A DNA stretch of 64,000 bases from an uncultured Candidatus Saccharibacteria bacterium (lineage in GTDB: Bacteria; Patescibacteriota; Saccharimonadia; Saccharimonadales; Saccharimonadaceae). The notes under the pieces were generated by a model. It searched no databases and had not been told where the DNA came from. It worked only from the letters and a program-made list of their open reading frames with translations. Numbering within the stretch: the first letter of the stretch is position 1; every line of letters starts with the position of its first letter. The position numbers and the translations under genes are program-made. The stretch spans positions 1,017 through 65,016 of the forward strand of contig CASXXK010000002.1 in assembly GCA_949480205.1 (NCBI GenBank), written 5' to 3'. Positions 61,374 through 64,000 of this stretch are shown here, piece after piece.

Positions 61374-61763
61374 TCAATGCTTTTTTATCTCTAGCAGTTG
61401 ATTACTTTTCGTAATAATCAGCATGACCTTCAGTCTTTTAGACATTCGGAACTTAGTTTGAATAGTGCTACTCACTTTTTTCTCATCTCCTTTTACTCTA
61501 CGTAAATCAATTATCAAGTTTGGTGATTGCTTCGCAGCATATTTTAACCGCTTCATTAAGGTGTTTATATTAGCAGATTCTGGGGATTTCATTTCCCAAG
61601 TTTTACCATACAAAATTATATCGGCATTTTTCCTCCCCACAGTATAACTCGGCACAATCAATTCCACGTCATTACCTCGCTCCAAAAAGAAGTCCACCGT
61701 TAGCCTTTCATGCGGTTGTAGGTATACGCCGTTATCAGTTAAAACACCTCTTGATTTTATCAT
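61374..61763 (-). CDS. Stand-alone CdiA-C-like PD-(D/E)xK nuclease domain
   Basis: PHE..., KNAD, WEMKSP, AAKQS, IIDL pattern recalled from CdiA_C tRNase-like proteins. Confidence 0.6.
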   Translation of the reverse strand: MIKSRGVLTDNGVYLQPHERLTVDFFLERGNDVELIVPSYTVGRKNADIILYGKTWEMKSPESANINTLMKRLKYAAKQSPNLIIDLRRVKGDEKKVSSTIQTKFRMSKRLKVMLIITKSNQLLEIKKH

Positions 61764-61845
61764 GCCAAGCATTGTAACATATTTTGAACACTTTTACCTA
61801 CCACAAGCATCTTCTTTGGGTAATTTTGTGCTATAATATATAGAT

Positions 61846-62424
61846 ATGAGAGAGATTATCACCACCCCCGATCCACGTTTACGACAGAAATCTACCAAAG
61901 TCAACCATATCACCGACGAAACTCACGAAATCATCGCTGATATGGTACGGCTCTCGCTGGATTGGGAAAAAGCTCATCCTTACGAGCTTTCTGCTGCCAT
62001 GGCCGCACCCCAGATGGGCGTCAATCAGCGCATCATTATCGTGCGTGATGATTTTGACGACAAAAAGAATAATTCTTTCACTGCTTTGATTAATCCCGAA
62101 GTCATCAAGACCGAAGGCAAAAACATTAAAGAACACGAAGGCTGCCTTTCTGTACCCGAAATTTACGGTTTGGTTGGCCGTCCACACAGGGTAAAAATCA
62201 AAGCTCAGCTAGAAGATGGCACTGATGTGCGGATTAAGGCTGATGGTTATCTGGCTCGCACCCTTCTACACGAAATCGATCACCTTGACGGCATTCTCTT
62301 TATCGACCATATCCGCGACGACCACGATGCATTTTATCGTCTAGACGATAAAGGCGATCTCCAGCCAGTCAACTACGACGCAGAAATCAAAAACAACACC
62401 AACCTATTCCCCGAGGAAGATTAG
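61846..62424 (+). CDS. def: Peptide deformylase
   Basis: AAPQMG, EGCLSV, HEIDHLDG. Confidence 0.96.
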   Translation: MREIITTPDPRLRQKSTKVNHITDETHEIIADMVRLSLDWEKAHPYELSAAMAAPQMGVNQRIIIVRDDFDDKKNNSFTALINPEVIKTEGKNIKEHEGCLSVPEIYGLVGRPHRVKIKAQLEDGTDVRIKADGYLARTLLHEIDHLDGILFIDHIRDDHDAFYRLDDKGDLQPVNYDAEIKNNTNLFPEED

Positions 62425-62425
62425 T

Positions 62426-63367
62426 ATGTGTTCCGCATCTGCCTTATCTTCTCGGGTGACGTGTCGCTCGTGCCCGTCTTCACGGGACTCGCGCACTGCA
62501 TGCTCGGCAGCAGCCTCCGCACCCACCCTTAAAGATAAGGCAGACACGAAGCACCAGATAATCTTCTTCGGCAATGGGCCTTTGGCTGATTTTACCCTTG
62601 AAGTCTTACAGCGGCACTGCGAAATTATCTTTCATGCCCGCACCAAAGACGACTTAGCCACCGCCGTTGCGCTTAAACAGCAAAATCCCGCCGCTTTTGG
62701 CGTCCTCGCCTCATTTGGCGTTATGATTAAAAACGATGTCCTTGAGGCCTTTGCTCCCGAAGGTATCCTCAACCTCCACCCATCACTTTTGCCCAAATAT
62801 CGGGGTGCTTCACCTATTGAAACTGCCATCCTCGCTGGTGACACCGATTTTAGCTATTCAATCATGCGCTTGGTCAAAGCAATGGACGCCGGTCCAATTT
62901 ATCACCAAGACACACTATCGCATTTGCCCCTCAATAAAACCGAAATCTACCGCGCTCTCGCCACTGCTGGTGCTGAGTGGCTAGTAGATCATCTCGCACA
63001 AATTCGCGAAATGACTCCTACTCTGCAGGACAACACAGCAGCCACCTTCACCACCAAACTCAGCAAGGCTGATTCCCTCCTGCACCCAGAGTCCCACACT
63101 GCCGCCGAAATTTTTCGCCAAATCGTCGCCTACCAAGGATTCCCAAAGCCCAAATACGAATTTTATGGCAAAGCCTGCATCATCTTGGATGCTCACCTCG
63201 TCAATACCGACGACATCATTTGTGACCCATCCCTAGCACCAGAGCTCAGTACTCCTTTGATGCTCAAATGCGCCGACCGTAATTTTGTCGCCATTGATCG
63301 CCTCCAGCCCGAAGGTAAAAAGCCAATGGACACCAAATCCTTCATTAACGGCTACGCCCGCGCATGA
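62426..63367 (+). CDS. fmt: Methionyl-tRNA formyltransferase with element-derived N-terminal extension
   Basis: IIFFG, NLHPSLLPKYRGASP, MDAGPI, QPEGKKPM; follows def. Confidence 0.9.
   Translation: MCSASALSSRVTCRSCPSSRDSRTACSAAASAPTLKDKADTKHQIIFFGNGPLADFTLEVLQRHCEIIFHARTKDDLATAVALKQQNPAAFGVLASFGVMIKNDVLEAFAPEGILNLHPSLLPKYRGASPIETAILAGDTDFSYSIMRLVKAMDAGPIYHQDTLSHLPLNKTEIYRALATAGAEWLVDHLAQIREMTPTLQDNTAATFTTKLSKADSLLHPESHTAAEIFRQIVAYQGFPKPKYEFYGKACIILDAHLVNTDDIICDPSLAPELSTPLMLKCADRNFVAIDRLQPEGKKPMDTKSFINGYARA
62428..62553. repeat. Palindromic element in-frame at the fmt 5' end
   Basis: 13-bp perfect IR tctgccttatctt (62438) / aagataaggcaga (62532). Confidence 0.8.
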
Positions 63368-63423
63368 CAAAATAGAGCCCGAAAGCCCTTATGCTTTTAT
63401 CTTAGCACACATTACAAAATTTG

Positions 63424-63717
63424 TCAAGCTAAAATCTGTTGACGATTTTGCATCAATTCTTGCTTAAAATTCGCAAAAACCTGCATCACCTCTTCCCGAA
63501 AGTTCGGGGCATTTTGATTCAACCAAGAAGCCACTTCTGCCGTATCTTCAATCTGGCTAAACTCCGCCATCTGTTCTGGAGTCAAACCAGCACTAATCTG
63601 CTGTCCTACGCGAACTTCCAACTCTTCTGTAGCTTGCTCCATGAAAGCCTGTTTCTCTGCTGCCGGCATCTCTCCCAGCCCTACTTCCGCCATAAATTCT
63701 TCGTTAATCAATGCCAT
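63424..63717 (-). CDS. DUF5663-family protein
   Basis: GL..MP..EK..F.....ELEVRVG......LT.EQM.EF; WL..N.PNF. Confidence 0.75.
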   Translation of the reverse strand: MALINEEFMAEVGLGEMPAAEKQAFMEQATEELEVRVGQQISAGLTPEQMAEFSQIEDTAEVASWLNQNAPNFREEVMQVFANFKQELMQNRQQILA

Positions 63718-63791
63718 AGTTTCTCCTTCCCTCCATTATAACATGGTATAATAAACATAAGCACAAAAAACTCCGGGGAATTTACATTCAA

Positions 63792-64000
63792 ATGACAAAA
63801 CCTCCATCGATTAAGACTGCCGAAATTGACAAATACGCCAATCTCGACCTACATCAACTCGAAACCGCCCTTAAAGCTATCCAACAAGAACCTCCCTCTT
63901 CCGCCAATAAAGCCACGGCGCGTGCAGTCCGCCAAGCTATCCGCCAGCGTCAACGTATTATTAAAGCACAAGTCATGGAATTTGAGCAGGCTAACGACCA
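63792..64000 (+). CDS. Hypothetical protein, 3'-truncated by window edge
   Basis: Open frame from ATG 63792 (MTKPPSIKTAEIDKY...) to the window end. Confidence 0.5.
   Translation, partial: MTKPPSIKTAEIDKYANLDLHQLETALKAIQQEPPSSANKATARAVRQAIRQRQRIIKAQVMEFEQAND

Overview
This is a chromosomal window of a reduced-genome bacterium, most likely Saccharibacteria/TM7 (Patescibacteria). That call is inferred from DUF5663-like genes, the topA / sigma70r4-HARE-HTH / VirD4-like ATPase gene order and a trimmed dcw cluster; the genetic code is standard. Core genes are topA, rsmH-ftsL-ftsI-mraY-ftsW-murG-ftsQ, rnhA, clpC/clpP, murI, rnj, parAB, rplU, ileS, nrdR, ftsZ/ftsA, map, adk, rpsU, recJ, priA and def/fmt. 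I saw no rRNA, tRNA, CRISPR array, reverse transcriptase or transposase. Unexplained structure: (1) Between ftsI and mraY sit two back-to-back, start-less cassettes encoding only the variable C-terminal segment of FISUMP/C-type-lectin (DGR-target-like) proteins. They share an 11-bp 5' motif and a perfect 38-bp inverted 3' repeat. (2) A family of ~110-165-bp palindromic elements occurs between genes and in-frame inside priA, ileS, fmt and a GT-C glycosyltransferase, with clear base-pair covariation between two copies. (3) About 10 self-contained single-gene accessory units share a near-identical strong promoter, including one empty promoter-terminator unit, whereas many core genes look leaderless. 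(4) There is an ultrashort-stem-I ileS T-box coupled to a terminator, a CIRCE on clpC, a cysteine-less NrdR and an ATLF-like peptidase broken by one TAG.
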